DNA of 64,000 bases, taken from Eledone cirrhosa. Lineage: Eukaryota. The stretch lies in contig OZ024753.1 of the NCBI GenBank assembly GCA_964016885.1, positions 19,034,001 to 19,098,000 on the forward strand. Direction: 5' to 3'. The stretch's first letter is position 1, and each line of letters starts with the position of its first letter. Both the position numbers and the translations under genes were made by a program. Below the pieces are notes generated by a model. That model worked only from the letters and a program-made list of their open reading frames with translations. It was not told the DNA's origin and did no database searches. Positions 1 through 11,181 of this stretch are shown piece by piece.

Positions 1-1
1 C

Positions 2-1702
2 ACCAACAAAACGAACAGCACAGAGAGTAATAGTAGCGACAGCAGCAGCACCAACAAGGCCAACAGCACAGAAGGTAACCACGACACAGGGGAGAACAAC
101 AACAGCAATAGCAGCAGCAACACCAACAAGAACAACAACAGTGACAACACCAACAAGAACACTTTCGCTGCTGTGGCAGCGGCTAAAAGGAGACCATGCT
201 ACAGCATCGACTTAACCAACAGAGAGGAAAAGTTGGCCCAGGCCTGGAAAATCATAAATCAAGAGCAGACCTGGGCAAACTTAACTGTCCCGGCAGAAGC
301 CATTGAGGCAGTGGAAAAAAGAACGGTGCATTTCAGATGCATCTCAGTAGAGACAAAGAGGGCAGCGATAATCGCCCAAGCTGACATAGAAGCCGCACTG
401 AAATACATCAGAGAGGACACAGACTTCATAGAGAGGGGCAGGCAATACGGCACCGTTTCGGTGCTGTTCAAGTCTGAAGCCCTCGCTGTGAAGCATTCAA
501 TGACCCCTTGCAAAACCAGCAAGGTCATAATGTACCCCTCCCACATGGGAAAACGAATAGCACGTGTGCGCATTCCCAGGATTCCACCAGGACTTGATAT
601 GTGGTGGCTCCTGGGTTGCGTAATCGTGGAAGGAACGGATACAGTCCCGGTAGAGGCAACGAGAACTGCCAGGGACGACTGGTCCGGGGTTGATCTGGAG
701 ATACTGCTCCAAATCAGACCCGAAAACGTAAAAACAATCCCGGACCACATCCGCCTCCAAAACGGGAGGGTGTTGCATATAATGACTGAGGGCAAAAGGC
801 CGCATTGTTTCCTTTGTGGGGAAACGACACACTTGCGAGCCTTCTGCCCTCAACTGCCGAAAAGCGCAAGGGGTCGAAAGATTCCACTGCTGGCGACGCC
901 GGGACAAGGACCACCAGCAACACCGTCAACAATGGAACCACCAAAATTGCACACCCAGGGGGGAAACGAGGAAAGCTCTCCCATTCCCCCTCCCCCCCAA
1001 AATACACACACGAACAAGAACATAAACACTCACTCAGACACAAACACGCTCACAGCCACAGACCCCTCATCCTCCAGCAGTGAAGATGAGGGAAAACCAA
1101 AGTCCCCCAAAATACAAAAAACAAAACACAAAAAAAAAAGAAATCCACAAAGCACAAACACCCCCACAAAAAAAAATACACACACCACCCACACAAACAT
1201 TTTCCCCACAGCATCACCAACACAACCACCAAAATCCCCCAAGCGCAAACAAGCTAAACAGACACAAGAACAAATAGACACACAAACATCAGAAACTACA
1301 GACACCCCACCCACAACAAACGCAGACACAATAGAAACAACACTAACAAAGCTATCACCACCACAATCACACGAACAAATAAAACCCGAGCAACAAAACA
1401 TTAAAAACTTCGTGCTTGCCAGAAGGGCCAACAAGGAATTGATGGCCCATGTAGCACGAAGCACAAACATCGAAAAAGACGGGGAAACATTTGAAGCGAG
1501 CACATTTCGCGTACCAGATAATTTGCTTCTGATGCGAATGTCGCTCGCTTCATACAAAGAAATTCGAAAGAGCTTTCCTCGGGATGTGGGAACCCCGAAC
1601 GTAAAACCCACGTCAAGACTATTAAAGGGGTTCCCAAAAGAAACCCCACAAACCATGGAGGTCGAACCACCCGACCTTCACAAGACCCCGGAAGGTAAGT
1701 AA
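2..1702 (+). CDS. LINE ORF1 (nucleic-acid-binding protein), 5'-partial
   Basis: Frame is open from position 2 (N/S/T-rich, then TFAAV motif); single zinc knuckle CFLCGETTHLRAFC; P/T/K-rich disordered C-half; ends 29 nt before ORF2. Confidence 0.85.
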   Translation, partial: TNKTNSTESNSSDSSSTNKANSTEGNHDTGENNNSNSSSNTNKNNNSDNTNKNTFAAVAAAKRRPCYSIDLTNREEKLAQAWKIINQEQTWANLTVPAEAIEAVEKRTVHFRCISVETKRAAIIAQADIEAALKYIREDTDFIERGRQYGTVSVLFKSEALAVKHSMTPCKTSKVIMYPSHMGKRIARVRIPRIPPGLDMWWLLGCVIVEGTDTVPVEATRTARDDWSGVDLEILLQIRPENVKTIPDHIRLQNGRVLHIMTEGKRPHCFLCGETTHLRAFCPQLPKSARGRKIPLLATPGQGPPATPSTMEPPKLHTQGGNEESSPIPPPPQNTHTNKNINTHSDTNTLTATDPSSSSSEDEGKPKSPKIQKTKHKKKRNPQSTNTPTKKNTHTTHTNIFPTASPTQPPKSPKRKQAKQTQEQIDTQTSETTDTPPTTNADTIETTLTKLSPPQSHEQIKPEQQNIKNFVLARRANKELMAHVARSTNIEKDGETFEASTFRVPDNLLLMRMSLASYKEIRKSFPRDVGTPNVKPTSRLLKGFPKETPQTMEVEPPDLHKTPEGK

Positions 1703-1731
1703 ACCTTTCCTCTCCCATTCATCCTGCCAGC

Positions 1732-4700
1732 ATGGCCATAAGAGTAGGAAGTTTAAATGTTCGTGGCCTGGGGTCGCCCTGGAAGCAAGGTCACTTGCTC
1801 AACGACCTCAGGTCACTAGGAATGGATGTAATTGCCATCAGCGAGACCAGAATTTCCGACACACGCGCACTGGCGCCGATTTTCGACGATTATCAGATCT
1901 TTGCATCTGTTAGTCGGCCGGGAATGGGAGGTGGAGTGGCTGTGCTGTTTAGGAAATGTCTGGATCTCGAGGTAAGGTCAATCTTCCGGGATCCTGACGG
2001 AAAGTTGGTGGTCCTGGACGTGAGCAATAGCGAAGGTGGTGCCTTTAGACTGGTGGCCGTCTACGCCCCTACTGGGGCCGGTCGGCCGGACTTCTTTAGG
2101 CGCCTGGAAAACTTTCTGCTTACGTCTCGCCCTTTACTGTTAATAGGGGATTGGAATGGCATCTTAGAAGCACGCTGGGATTGTGTGGGAGTATCTGATA
2201 GGAGCGGGGGGTGCAAAAGCCTCAAGTACCTGATCAGCCAGTTTCAACTGTCTGACAGGTACCGACTAGATTTCCCTAATGCGCCAGTATGGACCTGGAC
2301 CAATCGCATAGGGTCATCTAGATCGTACATAGATAGGATTTTCATTAGGAAAAGAGATAGAAATAGTGTAGGATGTCCACATTTTAAAACGGTTGCCTAT
2401 TCAGATCACAAGCTTGTGATCTGTATGGTCGACCTAGATAAGACACGTAGGTTAGGACCTAGCTACTGGAAGCTAAACATGTCGTTTCCGGCACGTAAAG
2501 CTTACAGGGACCGGGTTAACAACTTAGTTAAGCAAAAGTTGACAGGGGGGGTTGTCAACAACAGGTGGTGGGGGGCACTCAAAAGAGAGATTAGAGCAAC
2601 CTCGATAGGATTTAGCAAAGAAGTAGCAATAGAGAAAAATAGAAAGGAGGAGGGGCTGATAGCTAAGTTAGACGAGGCTATTTGTAGTGGCATTGCAACA
2701 GACGTGCTAGCGGCGAGAATGGCACTAGACCATTTCTTCAATGCGAAACACGAAGGTTGCATTGTCAGAGCTAAGGCGCGTGCTCTGAGGAACGAGGGAA
2801 CCAAAGCTGCCCGATGGGCTCGCTTTGCAGAGACGCAGCGTGGAAATAAAACCACAATTCGGTCTTTGACGGATCGAGATGGACACGAACTGAGCGATTC
2901 CAAGCAGATGTGTGAGGCCTTTCGCCAGCACTTTGCTCGATTGTTCGGGAGGATGGGTGAGTCGGAGACGGCGGCGGACTTCAGTCCCTACCTCGACGGC
3001 TTGCCACGCCTCTCGACGGCCGACGCTGAGCGCTGCGAAGAGCCGATAACATCAGCCGAAATTCAGGACGCCCTTGTCGGCTGCTCGAGTCGCAAGTCAC
3101 CCGGTTTGGATGGTCTGCCCTACGAGCTTTACGTAAATATGCCAGACTTGTTCTCCGATCTCCTCGAAGCGCTCTACTGCAACTGGCAGCAGAACGGGAG
3201 CATTCCCAGTTCTGTGAGCCGTGGCGTAGTGACGCTGATAAGGAAAGACGAGAACAAGAGGGACACACTAGATAATTTCAGGCCCATAACCCTGCTCAAC
3301 ACAGAGTTTAAGATTTTGGCCAAGGTGTTAGCGAAAAGGTTGGCGCTTGTCGTCAAAGATTTGGTTGGGGAGGCGCAAACTTGCGCAATCCCGACCAGGT
3401 CCATACACGACAACCTCCACCTCATGCGATACATCATAGAGAGGGTTGGGTGCAAACCTGGCTTCGGTGGGGCTCTGATCAATTTAGATCAATCGAAAGC
3501 ATTCGATAGGGTCGACCATCGGTACTTGGAGGCTGTCCTCGAGGCGGCTGGCTTCGGCCCCGTCTTCAGAAGCTGGATCGCTGCAATGTACAGCGGCATC
3601 CGCTCGGTGGTCAAAGTTAATGGCCACCTCTCGGAACCGTTTCAGATCTCTCGATCGGTCCGTCAAGGGTGCCCTCTCTCCTCCCTTCTGTACGTATTGA
3701 CTCTTGAGCCTCTACTGCGGAAGCTGGAGTTGTTGCAGGGCATCCCGCTCGAACCGGGACGTAGAAAGGCTGCGTCCGCTTATGCGGACGACATCACCGT
3801 GATGGTGTCGGACACCTCGGAAATCGAGGTGATCCGCACCCATTTGGAGGAATATGAAAGGTTGACGGGAGCAAAACTTAACCCGGAAAAGTCGGTGGGC
3901 TTGCAGCTCGGCACCTGGAGAGGCAAGTCCATGCCGTCCAACAGCGTCGTTGGGCGCTGGACAGACGGACCGGTAAAGTTGCTCGGGGTTTGGTTCGGAC
4001 CAGACCTCCAGGTGGATAAGAATTGGGACGAGGTGACGAGCAGGATAGCCAACCTCACCCAGAAATGGGCTGAGAGAAAGCTATCACTGAAAGGGCGGGC
4101 GGAGGTGGCGAACGCGTACATCGCGTCCGTCATCTACTACCGCCTGACCGTCGTGCCTTGCCCCCGTCCACGCCTCGCCAATTTGGAACGGCTCCTTTTC
4201 AAATTTTTGTGGAGGGGACGGGTCCCGTTGGTGAGGCGGTCCATCTGCTGCCAGCACCCTCTTCGTGGAGGGCTGGGCATGCCGTGGCTAATGATGCGCA
4301 GACATGCGCTGAGGCTGCGACATCTCCAGATATTTTGCCTAAACGGTGAACAGGTGTGGTCGCCGTTTGTTAGACGGGCCTTTCCGCAGCTCATCTCTTT
4401 GACTGAGCTGCAGTCCTGGGTCAAGAAGAGACCGAGACTGGGCGACTGGCATCTGGAATGTTGCCAGGCGCTCACTGCACTCTGCAAGGTGGGCAATGCG
4501 GTCAGTGGAACTTCCACTCAAGATTTCTATAGAGGATTAGTGGAGGGCAAGTGCGATGACGTACTAGGAGAGGCTCTGGGCGTCAACGAAGTAGAACTGA
4601 CCAGTATGTTCCGGAGGACTTTCGAGCCGGGGACGATGGATAACTTCCAGAAATCCCTCGCTTGGCAGTGCTACCGGGGGGCGCTGCCGGTTCGGGATAA

Positions 4701-5151
4701 ACTCTACAGGCACGGAAGTGCTGTCAGACGAACCTGCCCGAGATGCGCGCAGAGCGACGAAACCGTTCTGCACGCACTCGTCCAGTGTCCGTGCATTGCT
4801 GACTTGTGGGGTTATGTCGAACAGCTATTGTCGCGTGTAGAACGGATCCGGCTATCGTCCGAGTCCATAGTGAAGATTGACCCGCCGCCTTCTTTTGGTC
4901 AGGAAGGGCAGGCAATTTTCCTCTGCCTGGTGGCAGTAGCGAAAGAGGTTGCATGGTGGACCAGGTTGAAAGGACTGAAGACAGACACTTTTCTCTTCGG
5001 CCAATCCCTCATCAACTTCTTCAAGTTTCACTTGGAAAGGAAGGTGAGGGTGGAGAGAGAAGTGCTGCCCCCCAGTACATTTACTGAAAGGTGGGTGAAT
5101 GTGGCGAGAATGGCCCGCGTGAGTGGGCCTACTCTGATCATGCGCCTGTAG
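1732..5151 (+). CDS. LINE ORF2: APE endonuclease + reverse transcriptase + C-terminal zinc finger (1139 aa)
   Basis: EN motifs SLNVRGL, ISET, VYAP, GDWN, IDRI, SDH; RT motifs KSPGLDG, FRPITLLN, DQSKAFD, RQGCPLS, YADD; C-terminal CPRC-x8-H-x4-C. Confidence 0.97.
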   Translation: MAIRVGSLNVRGLGSPWKQGHLLNDLRSLGMDVIAISETRISDTRALAPIFDDYQIFASVSRPGMGGGVAVLFRKCLDLEVRSIFRDPDGKLVVLDVSNSEGGAFRLVAVYAPTGAGRPDFFRRLENFLLTSRPLLLIGDWNGILEARWDCVGVSDRSGGCKSLKYLISQFQLSDRYRLDFPNAPVWTWTNRIGSSRSYIDRIFIRKRDRNSVGCPHFKTVAYSDHKLVICMVDLDKTRRLGPSYWKLNMSFPARKAYRDRVNNLVKQKLTGGVVNNRWWGALKREIRATSIGFSKEVAIEKNRKEEGLIAKLDEAICSGIATDVLAARMALDHFFNAKHEGCIVRAKARALRNEGTKAARWARFAETQRGNKTTIRSLTDRDGHELSDSKQMCEAFRQHFARLFGRMGESETAADFSPYLDGLPRLSTADAERCEEPITSAEIQDALVGCSSRKSPGLDGLPYELYVNMPDLFSDLLEALYCNWQQNGSIPSSVSRGVVTLIRKDENKRDTLDNFRPITLLNTEFKILAKVLAKRLALVVKDLVGEAQTCAIPTRSIHDNLHLMRYIIERVGCKPGFGGALINLDQSKAFDRVDHRYLEAVLEAAGFGPVFRSWIAAMYSGIRSVVKVNGHLSEPFQISRSVRQGCPLSSLLYVLTLEPLLRKLELLQGIPLEPGRRKAASAYADDITVMVSDTSEIEVIRTHLEEYERLTGAKLNPEKSVGLQLGTWRGKSMPSNSVVGRWTDGPVKLLGVWFGPDLQVDKNWDEVTSRIANLTQKWAERKLSLKGRAEVANAYIASVIYYRLTVVPCPRPRLANLERLLFKFLWRGRVPLVRRSICCQHPLRGGLGMPWLMMRRHALRLRHLQIFCLNGEQVWSPFVRRAFPQLISLTELQSWVKKRPRLGDWHLECCQALTALCKVGNAVSGTSTQDFYRGLVEGKCDDVLGEALGVNEVELTSMFRRTFEPGTMDNFQKSLAWQCYRGALPVRDKLYRHGSAVRRTCPRCAQSDETVLHALVQCPCIADLWGYVEQLLSRVERIRLSSESIVKIDPPPSFGQEGQAIFLCLVAVAKEVAWWTRLKGLKTDTFLFGQSLINFFKFHLERKVRVEREVLPPSTFTERWVNVARMARVSGPTLIMRL

Positions 5152-5474
5152 GCTGGTGAATTCGAGAAGGAGAGGGGTGCCCTTCCCGGGTGCCCTAGGA
5201 GCGTCGGGTGGCTCAGGACTGGTGGGGTGCTTGAGTCAACCCTGGGTGGTGATCCCTCTTATTGGGGAACTTTCATTGTTGTATTTTTATTGTTATTTTG
5301 TTTTTGTTTTTTTGTTATTTATACTTACTCGATCTCTATGTAAACCCCCACTGTCCCTGTCTATTGTGTTGTCCCCTATATGTCGGCCCTTGTGGCCAAT
5401 AAATGAAATCATTATTATTATTATTATTAATGTATATGTGTGTGTGTGTATATGTGTGTGTATATATGTATGTG

Positions 5475-5543
<69 letters not shown>

Positions 5544-5559
5544 CAAAGGATATATATAT

Positions 5560-6010
5560 AAAGGGCAAAGGAACTCTTAAGAGTCAATGGCCATCCAAAA
5601 TCACCGGGAGAGATGACCATTTAGCCATTGTCAAGGCAGAATTCTAGGAGAAGGAAAACTCTGATACCTGCAACCCTGATGGTATCCAATGATGTTGACT
5701 TGTTATTCTTTTTGGTAAATATCATCTTGGTTAAGAGAGTGGGACTGGCTTTGAGCAGTGCATTTGCTCACTATAAAAGCTTCACGGCACAGGCATTGCT
5801 TTATATCTGGAGATCTCTCTGCATTTGTCGTCACGTGGTGCCATGGGCCCAGCACTATGTGTCAATAATTGTCACAGGTGTAGTGTTTGTACCAGAGTTT
5901 TCAAGTCGCTGGCTGGACTAAAAAGTCACACTTGTTTAGCGCATCGGTAGGGGTTCTCCTACATGCATATAAAGTAGTGGCCTAGCTCGAAAACGAGTTG
6001 GCAGCCACCA
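5560..6010 (+). mobile_element. Bipartite non-autonomous RTE derivative, 5'-truncated
   Basis: Near-identical to 61905-62360; RTE-type 5' motif CTAGGAGAAGGAAAACTCTGA; 3' part encodes [22 protein letters not shown] (C2H2 finger). Confidence 0.65.
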
Positions 6011-6082
6011 TATATATATATATGTATTTCTTTTTTTTATTTTTATTTTATTTTTTATTTATTTATTAATTTGTTTTACTCC

Positions 6083-6423
6083 TCGTGCAATGGACATACT
6101 CGATAACGAGGAGGCAGCCATCATGTATGTATATATGTATGAATGTATGTATGCATGTATGCATGTATGTATGCATGTATGTATGTATGTATGTATGTAT
6201 GCATGTGTGTTTGTTTTTGTGTCGTCTGTGACTAATCCGGCAACCCCACCAAGTTTACTTGGTGAGGAGGGTGATTTTGGACACACTGCAGGACAAAAAA
6301 GAAAACCTGACAAAGGGCGGAAGAACTCATAAGAGTCAACGGCCATCCAAAAATGTCTAAATATGTATATACTTGTATGGATATGTATATATGTATATAC
6401 ATCTATACATGGGTATATATGTA

Positions 6424-6471
<48 letters not shown>

Positions 6472-6865
6472 TGTACATACATGTATGCATGTGTATATAT
6501 ATATGCACGGACACATAGAAATAATCGGGCTTGATACACGATCACGCGGTTAAACTACTAGGAGTGAAGGACCCCTAGCCTTTGTCAGGGCATTCTTCTA
6601 GGAGAAGGCAACCCAGGAAACTGGGATAACTCCGATATTTAACCTGCGGATTAGTAGTTACTGATGATGTTGATCTTTTCTTCTTTTCAGGTTACAGGTA
6701 CTGTCGTTCAGCGAGTGGGATTGGCTCAGTGCACAGTATTCCCTCACTTTAAAACATATCTTCACACACAGGCATTGCACGATAGAATTAATTAATAATT
6801 ATTAATAATGGTATATCGTGCAATGGCCATATTCGATGACGAGGGGGCAGCCATCATGTATGTAT
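6083..6865 (+). mobile_element. Second subfamily of bipartite RTE derivative (6226-6865) preceded by a 3'-end stub (6083-6125)
   Basis: Similar to 61820-62140; both pieces end in GCAATGGnCATAyTCGATrACGAGGrGGCAGCCATC + (ATGT)n; interrupted by microsatellite at ~6355-6505. Confidence 0.55.
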
Positions 6866-6887
6866 GCATGTATATATATATATATAT

Positions 6888-7045
6888 GGCGCTGAATTGG
6901 CGGCGACTCGTTAAAACGTCGGATAGAAGGCTTTGTGGTATTTGTTCCGATTCTCTGCTCCCAGTTGAAATCCCACCGAAGTCAAATTTGCCTTTCATCC
7001 ATTCCAGGTCGATAAAAAAATGTCCAGTCTAGTACTAGGGGCAAT
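6888..7045 (+). mobile_element. Diverged tRNA-derived SINE
   Basis: Contains the shared central motif TTTGCCTTTCATCC..GGTCGATAAAA. Confidence 0.65.
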
Positions 7046-7049
7046 TGTG

Positions 7050-7050
<1 letters not shown>

Positions 7051-7141
<91 letters not shown>
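7051..7141. repeat. (CT)n microsatellite
   Basis: About 45 perfect units. Confidence 0.98.
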
Positions 7142-7143
<2 letters not shown>

Positions 7144-7189
7144 CCCTATGCCATCATAATGCCTCTATAACTCCATTAGGAGTTACTGG

Positions 7190-7810
7190 ACAATACCATA
7201 TTTAGAGAAACAAGGAAAGATACACATAGAAGTGTGTAAATTGTAATAAAGTTTTCATCCAAATTAAATATTGAAACCAGAGATAGAAATCTGGGCAATT
7301 TAAGGATTAAGGAAGCCTTGCTCATGTGTAGACTCAACACACAAATAAATAATAGATTAGAACTCAGCACACAGTACTTGACACAAAAAAACACACACCC
7401 ACAGGCACACACACAACCTACACAACATCTCATACAAGAAAGAAAACTGATTCCATAAAATACTACATTGGCAATATGAATCATTCTCGTAAATACCGAA
7501 ATAACCACCAAACAGCGCTTGAAAATGATTTATGAAATTTAATTCTAAATTTATTCCCAAAGAGAAGAAACATTATTCTCTGAGCGTTCCTTACACTCTG
7601 AAGAAGGGAATTTTAAATCCAGACATTAGGACGAAAGAAACAACAAAAAAAAAAAGATTACCAGGTAACTTACTTTTTCGTGAGCTTCATGTCACAGTAC
7701 ATTTGCTAATGTTTAGCCTTATATATCTTTCCACATTATATATCAAAAACAATGCTTCAAGCAAACTACAACATTTTATTATTCATATTTTACTTTCACA
7801 CTTACTATAG
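7190..7810 (+). mobile_element. Penelope-like element 3' fragment (GIY-YIG C-terminus, decayed HHR at ~7595-7630)
   Basis: Translates RDRNLGNLRIKEALLMCRLNTQINNRLEL, resembling the KEAL.I...LN end of Penelope/Poseidon endonucleases; CTGAAGA box with short stem downstream. Confidence 0.5.
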
Positions 7811-7818
7811 TAAAATAA

Positions 7819-7857
7819 TTCTTAACGTTTAGGACGCTAATTCTTCATCAGAAAATA
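7819..7857 (-). ncRNA. Decayed minimal hammerhead motif
   Basis: Minus strand CTGATGA agaattagcgtcc TAAA cg TT aagaa; homologous to the HHR at 14858, with G12 lost. Confidence 0.5.
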
Positions 7858-7981
7858 GAATGAGAAATTAAAGAAAGAAGAAACAGAAAGATAGATGGGA
7901 GTTAGCAAGGGCAGAAACGAAAAATCTTTATCGAAAAGTAGCAGGTCTGTTGATTTAGCCACCTGTGTTAAAAGAAGAAAA

Positions 7982-8290
7982 ACCAGATCACGACACTGGG
8001 GTTTATGTACCTATCTACTTGGAACAGGACACCCGCTTTATATATTACACCAAACTGTCACGACTCAGGGGGTTATGTACCCAACTACTGGTAGTACACC
8101 CGGGTTATGTATTACACCAAACTGTCACGACATTGGGGGTTATGTACCCAACTACTGGGAGGACACCCTTGCTATATATTATACCGAACTGTCACGACGT
8201 TGGGGTTTATGTACCTATCTACTGGGAACAGGACACCCGCGTTATATATTATACCAAACTGCTATGGAGTTAGGGATTATGTACCTATCT
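7982..8290. repeat. 67-70 bp minisatellite, ~4.5 copies
   Basis: TCACGAC recurs at 7988, 8058, 8125, 8192 with the whole unit conserved. Confidence 0.9.
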
Positions 8291-8835
8291 CTGAACAAGT
8301 AAAAACATCTATGTCGCTGGATAAACTAGAGAATCTAGTCTTATCTTCTCCCACTACAATCGTGGGCAATTTATTAGGCACCTAAATACCAGCAGATAGG
8401 TTAACCCAAGTGACGTCTAACACGGTACAGTATTCAATGGAAATTATTCTACATGTATCAAGTACCGAAATATCAGACTATGTATTGGAATTAGATTTTG
8501 GAATATGTATATTATATTTATATCATATAATCAATTTTGATCCAATGCTGGGTGAAGCCTCAGGAACTACTGTGATTTTACGCCTGCCTATCAATATTGA
8601 CCAAGTGCGGAATAATAAAGTGCTTTGTATGGCTGTATGAATAGCTGAAGATATCGTCATATTGGTGGAGCATCAGATTTTAATTTCTAACATATTAGCC
8701 AATATTTACTCTGGAGTAATATAGTATGTATTGACCAATAGGTGGACAATGGTCCCTAACTCTTGCTCAAGTGGCATTATGAACAGAGGATATATCAATA
8801 CTATTATTAGATTTAAAAGCAAGGGGAAAAGCAAG

Positions 8836-9255
8836 CGGGTTGGATTGCCAATACCGGTAGATTTCGGAGAACATTTTCTGTAATATATAGCTACGTCTCT
8901 TTACGTTCCGAGTTCAAATCGCACCGGGGGCGATAACATAAAGTTCCAGCAATACACTGCGATGCGTGTAATCCACTTTCCCCTTCACTAAACTGTTGGT
9001 TTTGTGCTTAAATCAGAAAATATTATTAGATTCAAACGCAGGGCGGTGGTTTGGCATATCGGTATAGCGGCGGAAAACATGCTTTCTGGCATATAGTTAC
9101 GTCCCTTTATTGTCTGAGTTCAAATCCAGTCAAGATTAGTTTTGCCTTTCATCCTTACAGGGTTGATAAAATCAAGTACCAGTAACACACTGGGGTCGAT
9201 TTAATGGATTTTCCCCTCACCAAAGCTTTTGGCTTTGTGCCTAAATCAGAAATCC
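8836..9255 (+). mobile_element. Two tandem diverged tRNA-SINE copies
   Basis: GAGTTCAAAT B-box at ~8910 and ~9116; central GCCTTTCATCCTTAC.GGG.TGATAAAAT motif in the second copy. Confidence 0.75.
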
Positions 9256-9828
9256 TTTGTTGGAATCTAAAGCGTGGAAGTTATTTTCTTGCATATGAAT
9301 ATTGATCTATCAATATAGTATCAAATTGAAATCAATTGTGTAATGACGAAATCTTCGTGCTTGTCAAGTGCTGCTAATATTTTTCTACTCCCTTATATGC
9401 ACCTAAAATTTGTATTTTCTCATAGATCTGAAAAGCTTCACTTATAGGTTACAATTCAATTTAATAATCTCTGTAGCAATTGGTGCAAACTGTAGATTAA
9501 TTCCAAGAACGACTTCAAAGGTTGAAATGCGATCTATCAAGGGAATTCAAACTGATATTAACTCATGAATTCTCTATCAAACTAACTTTGCAGATGCAAA
9601 TATTTAGTACAAGTGTTATCACTGATATTTGTCAAATAATAACTGTGTGTGTGTCTGTGTGTGTGTGTATGCGTGTGTGTATGTGTATATATATCGATAT
9701 GTATCAATATATATATATATAAAACGAAGGAAGTGTGGCAAGGAACTAGGTGGACCAAAACGCACCAGAGTACTCGATACCTTGGGTAGTAGAGTGGGCA
9801 ATTATATATATATGTATATATAAATAAT

Positions 9829-9888
<60 letters not shown>

Positions 9889-11093
9889 TTAGGGTAAATA
9901 TTGATGCAATTCAATTCAAGCACTCAACGTACTTTTTCCACATAGGAGTGACGGAGTAAATATCGAATAAGTAAAAGCGAAGTAGTTTCAGATGTTCAAG
10001 TCCTTTAATAATAATTGTTTCTACTTTAGACACTGGCCACACTGTTCTGTGTGCGAGTCTCGTGACATCATCAGACAGCTTGTTATATAATAAGGTTATG
10101 TTTCCGAGGCAATCCAAGTTGAATCGACATGGGAACGGACGAAGTGTGTGCTTTGGGGTTCGTCATCGGTTCCCCTGTGAGTACCAATTCACCCTCACCG
10201 GTCTGCGCAGGCGCATGTCCGAAGGAAGTTCACCATTAGCTACCGCAGATTTCAACGAAATTCGCTTAGTCAGTTCACCCTCTCAGCCAAACAATGACCC
10301 ATTTAGGCCTGTACCATAGTTTACTGCTACCCGTCCCGTCTGTGGCAGTCAGCCGAAAGCCAGGGGGGATGGGAGAGTGTTAGTTTTACAGGTCACAATA
10401 CTACTTCTCACCAAGCATAGACAGTACGACTGACGATCAACTCCCAAGAGAAAATATACTTAATTCTAGGTATCATGGTTTTACATTGGAAGTTATGAGT
10501 GAGAGTTGGAAATAAAAATTAAAATCCTAAATCAAAAATCAGAAATTATAAATTAAACAATTAAAAAATTAACAATTAGAAATTAAAAAGTGTTTCAAGT
10601 GAGAATCCGGATTGAGGTGAGTAAAAAAACATATAGATTGAAGTGAGTAAATAATATGGAGAGAGATATTTAAGTAAGAAGTTCTGAGAGGGGTTCCAAT
10701 GTCACGGTTACACTATACACATATTGAACGATAGTGTCGTACATGAGAACGGAGAGTAAACTACAGTATTCAAGGCAGTAGTCAATCTGGTACACAGTCA
10801 TAATTTCCATCACATGGAACAAAACCAAAGAAAAACAGATATAAAGTACACAAAAGAAAGAACAAATAATGAATAAATGCAAAAACACAGAGTACATATA
10901 TGCAAAATGATCCATATGATTGTCAATTTGTCAATGTATAGATTGAATTGAGGGGGCTTCTGTTCAAAAGCGATTTGGTGCAGGAAACTATGGGTTTATC
11001 TTAGTTTATGTTTCCGCGTATTTATCCTGCCGAAAGTTACTATTATGTCCGTCCAGTGGATTGCCTCGTAAACATAACCTTATTATGTAACAA

Positions 11094-11167
11094 GCTGTCT
11101 GAAGATATCACGAGACTCGCACACAGAACAGTGTGGCCAGTGTCGTCATTGAAATATATATCACAGC
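11094..11167 (+). ncRNA. Type I hammerhead ribozyme with extended stem II (family X)
   Basis: gctgt-CTGAAGA-[45 nt hairpin]-GAAA-tatata-TC-acagc; stem I gctgt/acagc. Confidence 0.8.
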
Positions 11168-11181
11168 ATTGTTATTAAAGG

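Larger units (their letters stand above)
1..5428 (+). mobile_element. Tx1/L1-clade non-LTR retrotransposon, apparently intact, 5' end outside window
   Basis: Two tandem ORFs (CCHC ORF1; APE endonuclease-RT-zinc finger ORF2), 3' UTR with AATAAA at 5398-5403 and (ATT)6 tail at 5411-5428, followed by TG/TA microsatellite. Confidence 0.93.

Noticed and set aside
259-4954. Short antisense and alternative-frame ORFs over the Tx1 LINE
   Set aside because: Shadows of the long ORFs with no recognisable motifs.
8290-8810. Possible host exon (long frame with few stops)
   Set aside because: Three in-frame stops, no recognisable domain and no convincing splice sites.
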